A DNA stretch of 64,000 bases. Source: Oscillospiraceae bacterium (lineage in GTDB: Bacteria > Bacillota > Clostridia > Oscillospirales > Acutalibacteraceae). This document shows, piece after piece, positions 26,361 through 34,807 of this stretch (its first letter is position 1; the number at the start of each line of letters is the position of its first letter). The DNA is taken from positions 6,769 to 70,768 of the forward strand of contig SVPU01000008.1 of assembly GCA_015065685.1 (NCBI GenBank), read 5' to 3'. The notes under the pieces are model-generated. The model saw nothing but the letters and a program-made list of their open reading frames with translations. It was not told the DNA's origin and did not search any database. The position numbers were made by a program, and so were the translations under genes.

Positions 26361-27233
26361 CTATCTTTCTTTACCGATAAAGAAAACTGCGAGTGTTCCG
26401 GGTCCCGCATGCGCCGCTATCACGGGGTCTATCAGATTATAAACCATATTCCCGATTTTGTATTTTTTCTTTATCTCATTTCCAACATATAAAGCATCCT
26501 GCTCACAGTCGCCGTGAACTATGAATATGTCCTGACCATCTATGTTTTTTCCCTGTTTCTCGAGCGAGTCTACAAGCGCATCCATTGATGCTTTTCTGCC
26601 TCTGACTTTTCCCGTAACATAAAGCTTACCGTCATCAGCGGTGTAAAGCATAGGCTTGATACCAATCAAGGTTCCAAGAACGGCGCTCGTACCCGAGAGT
26701 CTGCCTCCCCTTTTCAAGAAAAACAAATCTTCAATGGTGAATATGTGACAAATGCTACCCTTATTTTCTTCTGCCCAAGCAGCAACCTCTTCAATTGTTT
26801 TGCCTTTATTTTTTTCTTTCACGCAATAATGGACAAGAAGTCCCTCGCCCAAAGAGGCGCAGAGTGTATCAACCAACATTATTTTTCTTTGCGGGAATTT
26901 TTCTTTGTAATCTTCAACAGCGAGTCTTATGTTTTGATATGTTCCCGAAAGTCCCGAAGAGAATGATAAAATCAAAACATCTTCCCCATTTTCTAAAAGC
27001 GGCAGAATAACACTGTCGCAAGACTCACGCGATACAAGCGAAGTTGTTATCATTTCCTTTTCTCTGAGCAACTTATATGTTCTGGCATAATCTGTTTTTT
27101 TGCCTTTTATATAACTGTCAAACTCTTCATCCTTTATATGATATTTAAGTGAAATAATTTCAACGCCATATTCTTCTATCTGTTTATCGGTTAGATTAGC
27201 GCAAGAATCGGTTACAATTTTAAAGCTCATCAA
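26361..27233 (-). CDS. DegV-family fatty-acid-binding protein
   Basis: N-terminus [12 protein letters not shown], with length and overall pattern typical of DegV. Confidence 0.85.
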   Translation of the reverse strand: MMSFKIVTDSCANLTDKQIEEYGVEIISLKYHIKDEEFDSYIKGKKTDYARTYKLLREKEMITTSLVSRESCDSVILPLLENGEDVLILSFSSGLSGTYQNIRLAVEDYKEKFPQRKIMLVDTLCASLGEGLLVHYCVKEKNKGKTIEEVAAWAEENKGSICHIFTIEDLFFLKRGGRLSGTSAVLGTLIGIKPMLYTADDGKLYVTGKVRGRKASMDALVDSLEKQGKNIDGQDIFIVHGDCEQDALYVGNEIKKKYKIGNMVYNLIDPVIAAHAGPGTLAVFFIGKER

Positions 27234-27312
27234 AAACGCTCCTTTTTAAATGCTACACTAATTATATACAGATTTTTTGCTCGATTCAATCTATTTCACT
27301 TTTTATGAGTCT

Positions 27313-27363
27313 AATAAAAAAATCTTCACAGTAGAGAAGATTTTTTTCAACTCTACTGTGAAG
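27313..27363 (-). terminator. intrinsic terminator after the ECF S-component gene
   Basis: 13-bp stem cttcacagtagag (27324-27336) / ctctactgtgaag (27351-27363), followed on the minus strand by atttttttat. Confidence 0.7.
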
Positions 27364-27368
27364 AGAAT

Positions 27369-27881
27369 TCACCTTTTTATTAACTTGTTCATTATATTTG
27401 TGAGTGGTCGGTAAAGCAAAAGCGTGAGTATCAGGTTGCCTGCGAAATGCAGAAAATCAAAGTTTATACCCGCAATAATATTTGCCATTCCCATTGAAAA
27501 TCCACCGATTAAAAAATACGGGATCGAACAAAAGCTTCCAAACAGAATACCAAATATTGCAGATATTAACGCGTAAACTATCGTGTTATCTATTTTTCTT
27601 AAAATATAAACCGCAAGCCAAAGAATCAACCATACATAAAGATAATTTATATTCCAAATACCGATACCATAGGTTAAAATTTCGCACCCCACAAAAACAT
27701 AAATGGAATAAAGCGCGCGTACTCCGAATTTGCGCGTTATAAGTATTATAAGAAGTGAAACAATTTCAATATTCGGTAGTGCTTGCATAATTACCTGTGA
27801 AATATACATCAGCACACCGAATAAGGAAAGCAAAATCATCTCAAATAGCTTATGCGGGTGTATATGTGATTTCAAATTCAT
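27369..27881 (-). CDS. small 6-TM protein, probable ECF-transporter S component (corrinoid-specific candidate)
   Basis: About 170 aa with six hydrophobic helices. It overlaps the 3' end of the DUF4430-like gene and sits behind a cobalamin riboswitch. The start is ambiguous (ATG 27881 or 27887). Confidence 0.6.
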   Translation of the reverse strand: MNLKSHIHPHKLFEMILLSLFGVLMYISQVIMQALPNIEIVSLLIILITRKFGVRALYSIYVFVGCEILTYGIGIWNINYLYVWLILWLAVYILRKIDNTIVYALISAIFGILFGSFCSIPYFLIGGFSMGMANIIAGINFDFLHFAGNLILTLLLYRPLTNIMNKLIKR

Positions 27882-28242
27882 CACCATCCATAATGGGCAA
27901 ATCATTCATACCCTTATCGGTCATTTCCCCATCCTTTGTCACACACCACCAAGCACCGTCTGCCGTGTAGTCGGCTCTTACGCCATCAATATGCAAATAA
28001 TACCCCGATTTATATTCTTCTTGGGTTATCAATTTTTCTTCAAGCAATGCATCTGCTAAATACTCGGCATCTGTGTTGATTTCAAATTCCTTTTCGGTTT
28101 TGTCCGCATATACAACTGTAACCGTAACATCTTTTTCGCCATCGTTTGTGTCGGGCCCGTTTGTGATAATCACTACTGCAAAAATCGCAATAATCACTGC
28201 TAAAACCACAGCCAAGCCCATAATAATCTTTTTGTTTTTCAC
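27850..28242 (-). CDS. membrane-anchored DUF4430-like (transcobalamin-like) protein
   Basis: GTG start with AAAGGAG 8 nt upstream. N-terminal TM anchor. Soluble domain YLHIDGVRADYTADGAWWCVTKDGEMTDKGMNDLPIMDGDEFEITY resembles the DUF4430 family seen next to B12 uptake genes. Confidence 0.65.
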   Translation of the reverse strand: MKNKKIIMGLAVVLAVIIAIFAVVIITNGPDTNDGEKDVTVTVVYADKTEKEFEINTDAEYLADALLEEKLITQEEYKSGYYLHIDGVRADYTADGAWWCVTKDGEMTDKGMNDLPIMDGDEFEITYTPA

Positions 28243-28299
28243 AATAAAAACTCCTTTGTATTGTTGTCAAAGCAAGGTCGGTACAAAAGGAGATATATG

Positions 28300-28522
28300 A
28301 ATAAAAAGAACGCCACAATACAAAAGGCTTCTTCGCAACATACACCGTCAATTACTCGTGACACATTTGTACTAACAGCTAACGGCAAGTATTCCGACTT
28401 ATCGTGCAGAGTTCGGAGTTCTCTCGGCCCTTAGCCTTCCCACAAAACGCAGTGACATAATTTAAGGGCTTTAACACGAATTACGGCGACGAGTTCGCAG
28501 AGGAATTGCACCTCTATTCCAG
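28300..28522 (-). promoter_or_regulatory. cobalamin (B12) riboswitch with terminator and anti-RBS elements
   Basis: The minus strand reads AATAGAGGTGCAATTCCTCTGCGAACTCGTCGCCGTAA...CACTGCGTTTTGTGGGAAGGC...AAGTCGGAATACTTGCCG. These match the conserved GGTG..A.TCC, GCC(A/G)..GTAA and CACTG..GGGAAG blocks and the B12 box. It is followed by an aagaagcc/ggcgttctt hairpin plus a T-run, and by ctccttttgta, which is complementary to the RBS region tacaaaggag. Confidence 0.85.
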
Positions 28523-28533
28523 TTTAAATCTTC

Positions 28534-28569
28534 TAAAAAAGATACCGCCAGCCTTTGCTAAGCGGTATC
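28534..28569 (-). terminator. intrinsic terminator of the ABC-F gene
   Basis: gataccgc / gcggtatc stem followed on the minus strand by tttttt. Confidence 0.7.
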
Positions 28570-28598
28570 ATTTTATCATCAATCGAAATCCTTGTCAA
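28570..28598 (-). promoter_or_regulatory. candidate promoter for the riboswitch-controlled unit
   Basis: On the minus strand: TTGACA (28598-28593, overlapping the ABC-F stop codon), a 17-nt spacer, then TAAAAT (28575-28570). Confidence 0.45.
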
Positions 28599-30475
28599 TC
28601 ATTTTCTAATAGCTGCTCCCATTCAGCCATCACTTCAAAAAGCTCTGCCTCTAAGGCATCCTTTTCCTCCTGCAAAGCAGATAATTTAACATAATCAGAA
28701 AGATTCTGCTCACTTGAAAGTTCGCTTTCAATATTACCTATTTTTTCTTCGAGCAAAGCAATTTTTTCTTCTGCCTTTTTAATTGCTCTTTCGCGTTTTG
28801 CTTTTTCCTTTAAAGGCGTTGTGTAGGTTTTTTTGGTCCTTATCTCTTTCGCCTTTTCTTCTGTGATTTGGGGTTTACTGTTTTGCAAAAATTGTTCGTA
28901 GCCAAACGGGAATAATCTGGTCTCGCCCTTTTCAAAGCTTAAAACCTTTGTTGCAATTTGTTTAATAAAATAGCGGTCGTGCGAAACGAAAATAACCGTG
29001 CCCTTATAATTCTTTAAAATATCTTCGAGTGTTTCCTTGCCGATAATATCCATATGATTGGTCGGCTCATCAAGAATAAGGAAATTCGGTTTCTGTTCAA
29101 ATATTTTGCAAAGTGCCAAACGCACCTTTTCCCCGCCTGAGAGCATATCAATCGTTTTAAAAACATCCTCGCCACTGAAAAGAAATGCTCCCAAAGCGCT
29201 TCGTGCTTCAAACTGCGTGCGGCTTGGGAAAGCCTTTAAAAAATCATCTAAAACCGTATCTTTGCTCACATATTGCGCCATTTGCTGATCAAAATAGCCG
29301 ATGGTAGCCCTTGGCGCAAATTTATATTCACCCGAAATTGCTCTAACCTGACCCATAAGGGTTTTAATAAAGGTGGATTTTCCGAGTCCGTTACCGCCGA
29401 TAATTCCGATTTTATCACCAAGCTTAACATCGAGGTTAACGGTCGATAAAACCATATCGTAGCCTATCTGCAAATCTGTAACAGAAAGCATATCCTTAAC
29501 ACCCAAATCATTCGGCTCAAAGCTTGCGTGGAAGGTTCTGTTATCCGAAGAAAAGGGCTCATCTATGAGGTCGATTTTTTCTATTTGTTTGAGCTTTGAT
29601 TGTACCATAGCAGCCTTTGTGGCTTTGTATCTGAACCTATCCACCAACTGATTAAGACGCTCAATCTCATCCTTTTGCGCAGTATACTGTTTTAATTGCT
29701 GTGCACGAAGCTGCTTTTTCAGCTCCATAAATTTTGAATAATTCCCCACATATTTATAGGTTCTACCATATTCAATTTCATAAACAATTTGTGCCACATT
29801 ATCTAAAAACATTCTATCGTGCGAAACCACAACAAACGCCTTTTTATATTCCCTCAAATAGTTTTCTAACCATTCAGTCGCTTCAATATCAAGGTGATTT
29901 GTGGGCTCATCGAGCAATAGAATATCGGGCTTTGAAAGCAGAAGCTTTAAAAAAGCTATTTTTGTTCTCTGTCCGCCCGAGAACTCATAAAGCGGTTTGT
30001 GCTTATCCTCTTCTGTGAAACCGAATTTCTTAATTCCTGCCTCATATTCCCTTTCAAAATAAAATCCGCCCAAATTGTTAAATGTATCGAGCAGATTTGA
30101 ATAATTCTTAATATTTTGTTCGGTGGGCTCTCTCTCCATTGTTTGTTGAGCAATATCCAGTTTTGCTTTTAAATCCAAAATTTCAGAATAAGCACTTCTA
30201 ATCTCATCTAACATTGAAACACTGTCATCCGCAAATGTCATTTGAGATAAAATACCTATTTTGGTGTTTGCGGTAACAGAAAAAAAGCTATCGTTATCAC
30301 TATCAAGCTTTTTAATTTCATGCTCTCCCGAAATCAATTTTAAAAGGGTGGTTTTTCCGCAACCGTTTCTTCCCACAACGGCAATTCGGCTTGTATCGTT
30401 AATTTCAAAATTAACAGAAGAAAGAATCTTCTCGCCCGAAAGCTCAACCACACCGTTCTGAATTTTGAGTTGCAT
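28595..30475 (-). CDS. ABC-F family ATPase (two ABC domains, no TM domain, C-terminal coiled coil)
   Basis: Walker A GRNGCGKTT and GGNGLGKST, signatures FSGGQRTK and LSGGEKVR, an inter-domain linker, and a Lys/Glu-rich tail. Confidence 0.9.
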   Translation of the reverse strand: MQLKIQNGVVELSGEKILSSVNFEINDTSRIAVVGRNGCGKTTLLKLISGEHEIKKLDSDNDSFFSVTANTKIGILSQMTFADDSVSMLDEIRSAYSEILDLKAKLDIAQQTMEREPTEQNIKNYSNLLDTFNNLGGFYFEREYEAGIKKFGFTEEDKHKPLYEFSGGQRTKIAFLKLLLSKPDILLLDEPTNHLDIEATEWLENYLREYKKAFVVVSHDRMFLDNVAQIVYEIEYGRTYKYVGNYSKFMELKKQLRAQQLKQYTAQKDEIERLNQLVDRFRYKATKAAMVQSKLKQIEKIDLIDEPFSSDNRTFHASFEPNDLGVKDMLSVTDLQIGYDMVLSTVNLDVKLGDKIGIIGGNGLGKSTFIKTLMGQVRAISGEYKFAPRATIGYFDQQMAQYVSKDTVLDDFLKAFPSRTQFEARSALGAFLFSGEDVFKTIDMLSGGEKVRLALCKIFEQKPNFLILDEPTNHMDIIGKETLEDILKNYKGTVIFVSHDRYFIKQIATKVLSFEKGETRLFPFGYEQFLQNSKPQITEEKAKEIRTKKTYTTPLKEKAKRERAIKKAEEKIALLEEKIGNIESELSSEQNLSDYVKLSALQEEKDALEAELFEVMAEWEQLLEND

Positions 30476-30508
30476 TTAACCACCCCCCTATTTAGTTCTA
30501 ATGAAAAA

Positions 30509-31525
30509 TTAGGATATTTTTACATTATCATATAAATAATCCAAAGCCTTTTCTTTAATAACTACAGCTTCAAAATAAAAATCACCATAGGCATCAATCA
30601 AATCCTCTTTGGTTACACCATTGCCGATTTCCGCAATCTTTTCGTTAAGCTTTTTATCAACATCCTGTTCTGCCAGTTTCAAGCCTGCTTCATCGAAAAT
30701 AGCATAACAAGCCATTTGAGAATCCATCATGGGTTTAACCTGATCTTCTATGAGTGATTCTTCAAATTCCTCTTCGGTTTGGTTCATATAACCGAGATAT
30801 GTCTTTATATCAATACCATATGATTGCTGCAAGCTTAAAGAAACTGCTTTTTTCACAGTTTCAAGAATTTTATCAACATCCTTTTCGGGATAATTCTTAA
30901 CCTTTGAATCTGCTGTGATTTTTTCATAGATATATTCTTTAACAGCGCGCTCTTTGGTGTCTGCCTCATATTCCTTCAAGGTGCTAAAACCAAGCTTGGA
31001 ATAATATTCCTCGGGCGTTAATTTGCCACCCTTAACATAATTCACCTTAACTGTGAAAACAACTGCTGCACCGGCTAATTCTTCATTACCGTAATTCGTG
31101 GGGAAAGTTAGATTAAGGTCAACCGTGTCGCCTATTGCAACGCCGATAAGTCCATCCTCAAAGCCATCAATAAACTGATCTGAGCCGATTGTTAAAAATT
31201 GATTATCGGCAGTTCCGCCAGCAAACACAACACCGTCTTTTTTGCCTGAATAGTTAATGTTAACGGTATCGCCCTCAGCAACCTCACCCTCAGTTTTCTG
31301 TGCATAAAGGTCTTTTTCCTCAATATCCTCTGAAATCATACCATCGTAAACACTTTTAAATTCTTTAGATGCCGTATCAACTGTGATTTCCTCATAATCA
31401 CAAAGATCAATATATTTCGAAAACTTTGTATCTGCAAAAAGTATTCTATCCTTCTTTTCGCCGCAGCCCGCAGTAAAGGTCATAATGATTGCCCCCAATA
31501 ACACTAAACTCAAAATTCTTTTCAT
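30509..31525 (-). CDS. lipoprotein with trigger-factor-type FKBP PPIase and C-terminal chaperone domains
   Basis: Lipobox FTAGC. GDTVNINYSGKKDGVVFAGGTADNQFLTIGSDQFIDGFEDGLIGV..GDTV...LTFP..Y....LAG.AVVFTVKV is the trigger-factor PPIase pattern. There is no ribosome-binding N-domain. Confidence 0.75.
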   Translation of the reverse strand: MKRILSLVLLGAIIMTFTAGCGEKKDRILFADTKFSKYIDLCDYEEITVDTASKEFKSVYDGMISEDIEEKDLYAQKTEGEVAEGDTVNINYSGKKDGVVFAGGTADNQFLTIGSDQFIDGFEDGLIGVAIGDTVDLNLTFPTNYGNEELAGAAVVFTVKVNYVKGGKLTPEEYYSKLGFSTLKEYEADTKERAVKEYIYEKITADSKVKNYPEKDVDKILETVKKAVSLSLQQSYGIDIKTYLGYMNQTEEEFEESLIEDQVKPMMDSQMACYAIFDEAGLKLAEQDVDKKLNEKIAEIGNGVTKEDLIDAYGDFYFEAVVIKEKALDYLYDNVKIS

Positions 31526-32658
31526 ATTTCTACTCCTTCTCCGTTTGAAAGCTCACCTTTGGATGAGGCTTTTAAATAACTGTTTATAAATCCGTCCAAA
31601 TCGCCGTCCATAACGGCGTTGATATTTCCCGATTCGAAGCCTGTTCTGTGGTCTTTGGCTAAAGTATATGGCATAAATACATAAGATCTTATTTGTGAGC
31701 CCCAAGCAATATCCTTTTGAACGCCCTTGATATCCTCAATTTTTTCTAAATGCTCACGCTCTTTAATTTCTAAAAGCTTAGATTTAAGCATTCGCATTGC
31801 ACGGTCGCGGTTTTGAAACTGACTTCTCTCATTCTGACAAGCAACCACAATTCCGGTTGGGATATGGGTTAGTCTTACCGCGGAAGAGGTCTTGTTAATA
31901 TGCTGACCGCCCGCACCGGAAGAACGGAAAACATCCATTTTAACATCTTCTTCGCGAATTTCAATATCAGCATCATCAGCGATTTCGGGCATAACCTCGA
32001 GAGACGCAAAGGATGTGTGCCTTCTGCCCGATGCATCAAAGGGAGACACACGAACAAGTCTGTGAACACCCGATTCGCTTTTTAAATAGCCATAGGCATT
32101 TTCGCCTTCAATCGATAAAATTGCACTTTTAAGACCCGCTTCATCGCCATCGAGAAAGTCAAGCATCTGCACCTTAAATCCGTGGCGCTCGGTCCAACGG
32201 GTATACATTCTAACCAGCATTGAAACCCAATCCATTGCCTCGGTACCGCCCGCACCCGCGTGGAAGGTGAGCAATGCATTATTTTTATCATATTCACCCG
32301 TAAGCAAAGTTTGAAGCCTGAGTGAAGCCAAATCCTTTTCGAGCGAATTTATCGATTCCTCGATTTCTGCAACTAGGGATAAATCCTCTTCCTCATTACC
32401 CATTTCAATTAAAACGGTTAAGTCATCATACAAAGCACAAAGGCGGTCATAGGTTTCAACCGTGTTTTTAAGCTTGCCCGTTCTTTGAAGAATTTTTTGA
32501 GAATTTTCCATATCATCCCAAAAACCGGGGGCTGCCGCCTTTGTTTCAAGCTCTTCAATTTCTCTTTTGAGTCTCTCATAACCCAAAGCGTCCCTCAAAT
32601 CCTTAAGCTCCCCTTCATTGCCGAGAAGCCTTAGATTCAACTGCTCAAATTCAAGCAT
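31522..32658 (-). CDS. prfB: peptide chain release factor 2, uninterrupted frame
   Basis: Start ATG 32658 (GGAGGA upstream; the prmA stop is at 32660). SPF motif (RVSPFD), GGQ motif (SGAGGQHINKT). There is no internal in-frame TGA or shift site. Confidence 0.92.
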   Translation of the reverse strand: MLEFEQLNLRLLGNEGELKDLRDALGYERLKREIEELETKAAAPGFWDDMENSQKILQRTGKLKNTVETYDRLCALYDDLTVLIEMGNEEEDLSLVAEIEESINSLEKDLASLRLQTLLTGEYDKNNALLTFHAGAGGTEAMDWVSMLVRMYTRWTERHGFKVQMLDFLDGDEAGLKSAILSIEGENAYGYLKSESGVHRLVRVSPFDASGRRHTSFASLEVMPEIADDADIEIREEDVKMDVFRSSGAGGQHINKTSSAVRLTHIPTGIVVACQNERSQFQNRDRAMRMLKSKLLEIKEREHLEKIEDIKGVQKDIAWGSQIRSYVFMPYTLAKDHRTGFESGNINAVMDGDLDGFINSYLKASSKGELSNGEGVEI

Positions 32659-32659
32659 A

Positions 32660-33589
32660 TTATTCCTCCGAAATATTTTTAAGCACAAACGCACACCAAT
32701 TATCGCGGCATGCTTCGTTCACAATTTCAAATTTGTTTTCTTTCACTGCCGACAAAACATCTTCTTTTCTGATGTCGATAATGCCCGAGATAATAAGAAT
32801 AGCATCCTTTTTCATAAACTGCGCAACATCGGGTAACAGTTTAATAATTACATCAGCCACAATATTCGCGCAGATAATATCATATTTACCGCTCACCTTA
32901 TCGGCAAGGTCGCCCACGATAAACTCTGTATTTGCACTAATTGAGTTAATTTCTGCATTCTCTTTTGCAGTTTTAACCGATTGTGCATCAATATCAACAC
33001 CGAGCGCATTCTCGGCACCCAAAAGAATTGAAGCAATGGCAAGAATTCCGCTTCCGCAACCAATATCAAGAACCTTATCGCCCGTTTTAACACATTCATC
33101 GAGTATATTAAGGCAAAGCGAGGTTGTGGCGTGTGTGCCTGTGCCGAAAGCAGCACCGGGGTCAATACTTAAAATCACGCGGTTATCCTTGTTATCATAT
33201 TCTTCCCAGCTTGGAACAACTGCAAGTCTGTTACCAACCTCAATAGGATGAAAATATTTCTTCCAATTCTCGTTCCAATCCTTATCATCAACACCAACAG
33301 CGCCCACTTCGAACGGAATCTTCTCTGCCGCCAATCTTTCCTTTAAAAATTCTAAGGCCTCAGCAGCGTTATCACATTCAGATATGTATATATGAATAAC
33401 AGAATTGCTTCTGTCCTTAGCAATAAGGTCTTCATCAATAAGATCAATGTGTGCGATTTCCCAAGCCGCTATTTCTAAATCAGAATAATCCTCAATATAA
33501 ATGCCGTAAGGCACCGTCATATTAGCAATAGCCGCGGCAGAATCTGTATATTCCTGCGGCACGCTAACTGTAATTTCAGTCCAGTTCAT
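32660..33589 (-). CDS. prmA: ribosomal protein L11 methyltransferase
   Basis: W.EI.V N-terminus, GTGTHATT, DIGCGSGILAI SAM motif. Confidence 0.9.
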   Translation of the reverse strand: MNWTEITVSVPQEYTDSAAAIANMTVPYGIYIEDYSDLEIAAWEIAHIDLIDEDLIAKDRSNSVIHIYISECDNAAEALEFLKERLAAEKIPFEVGAVGVDDKDWNENWKKYFHPIEVGNRLAVVPSWEEYDNKDNRVILSIDPGAAFGTGTHATTSLCLNILDECVKTGDKVLDIGCGSGILAIASILLGAENALGVDIDAQSVKTAKENAEINSISANTEFIVGDLADKVSGKYDIICANIVADVIIKLLPDVAQFMKKDAILIISGIIDIRKEDVLSAVKENKFEIVNEACRDNWCAFVLKNISEE

Positions 33590-33654
33590 AAATACCTCGC
33601 ATATAGTTTAAACTCAAATATTATAACACTTAATCCCGTTAATTTCAATAACTG

Positions 33655-34806
33655 TCAAGCCCTTAGTCTTGCAAAAAACTCTTCGATTTCTTGGGCACTT
33701 GCATTAACTGTTCCCTGCACCATTGAGCCTCTGCCACCGCCACGAACTGAAAACTCAGTTTTAAAAGAAGCAAAGATTTTCGAAAGGCTTTCATCATCAC
33801 CGCAAATAGCAAAGGCAAAGCCGTTATCCTTTTTAGAGAAAACCGCTCTTATTCCACCGTTTGTTTTGTAAAGCAAATCCGAAAAATACTGCAAATCCTT
33901 AACCTCAAGATTTTCTTCAAATATTGCGGTTATTTTTTCTTTGCCAATATTCTCAGCTTTTTGTGCAAAGGCTGCACGTTTATAACCCGAAAGCTCATAT
34001 TTTAATTTATCAATCTGTTCTAAAAGCTTGTCAACCGCTTCGGCAGTTTCTTCTTGTTTAACACAAAGTTTATTAGAAATGCTTAAAACATTAGAATATT
34101 TCTCATTATAATCACTGAGTGCTCTGCCACCGCACTTAATTTCTATTCTGATACCGCCCCTTAAGCTTTCGGTGGCGAGGAACTTAATAATTCCTATTTC
34201 GCCCGTAAAAGCAACATGCGGAGCACAGCAGGCACACATATCAACATCTGCAATCTCAACAATTCTGATATCGCCCTCAAGCTCTTTCTTGCTTCTATAG
34301 GGCAAGGTTTTTAAAACACTCTCTTGAGGGTAATAGGTTGAAATTTTTCGGTTTTCAAAAACCGCTTTATTGCTGAGCGCCTCAAGCTTTGCAAGCTGCT
34401 CCTTTGAAAGAGGCTTGTCAAAATCTAGGGTTACGATTTCCTCGCTCAAATGAAACCCGACATTTTCACAGCCATAAAGTTTGTTTGCAATTCCTGAAAT
34501 AATGTGCTCGCCCGAATGCTGCTGCATAAAATCAAAACGGCGTTCCCAATCAATTTTGCCTATAACGGTTGTCCCAGCCTCGATTTTTTCGTTAGTTATG
34601 TGAATAATCTCACCGTTTTTAATCTGAACATCCGAAACTACCGCATCGTTTAGGTGACCTTTATCGCTCTTTTGTCCCCCACCCTCAGGGAAAAATGCGG
34701 TTTTATTAAGCACAATCCCAAAGCCTTGGGAAAGCTCTTGGCAAGAAACCACTTCGGCCGCGAATTCTTTTAGGTGAGAGTTTATATCATAAAGCTTCTC
34801 TGTCAT
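33655..34806 (-). CDS. alaX: alanyl-tRNA editing protein (AlaX-L type)
   Basis: Zinc/editing motifs HSGEHIISG and CCAPHV, plus a DHHA1-like C-terminal part. Confidence 0.8.
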   Translation of the reverse strand: MTEKLYDINSHLKEFAAEVVSCQELSQGFGIVLNKTAFFPEGGGQKSDKGHLNDAVVSDVQIKNGEIIHITNEKIEAGTTVIGKIDWERRFDFMQQHSGEHIISGIANKLYGCENVGFHLSEEIVTLDFDKPLSKEQLAKLEALSNKAVFENRKISTYYPQESVLKTLPYRSKKELEGDIRIVEIADVDMCACCAPHVAFTGEIGIIKFLATESLRGGIRIEIKCGGRALSDYNEKYSNVLSISNKLCVKQEETAEAVDKLLEQIDKLKYELSGYKRAAFAQKAENIGKEKITAIFEENLEVKDLQYFSDLLYKTNGGIRAVFSKKDNGFAFAICGDDESLSKIFASFKTEFSVRGGGRGSMVQGTVNASAQEIEEFFARLRA

Positions 34807-34807
34807 T

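Noticed and set aside
28595-30475. Calling the ABC-F protein an antibiotic-resistance (ARE) determinant.
   Set aside because: Subfamily assignment needs linker and arm-length comparison and phylogeny, which I cannot do by eye. The genomic context looks housekeeping.
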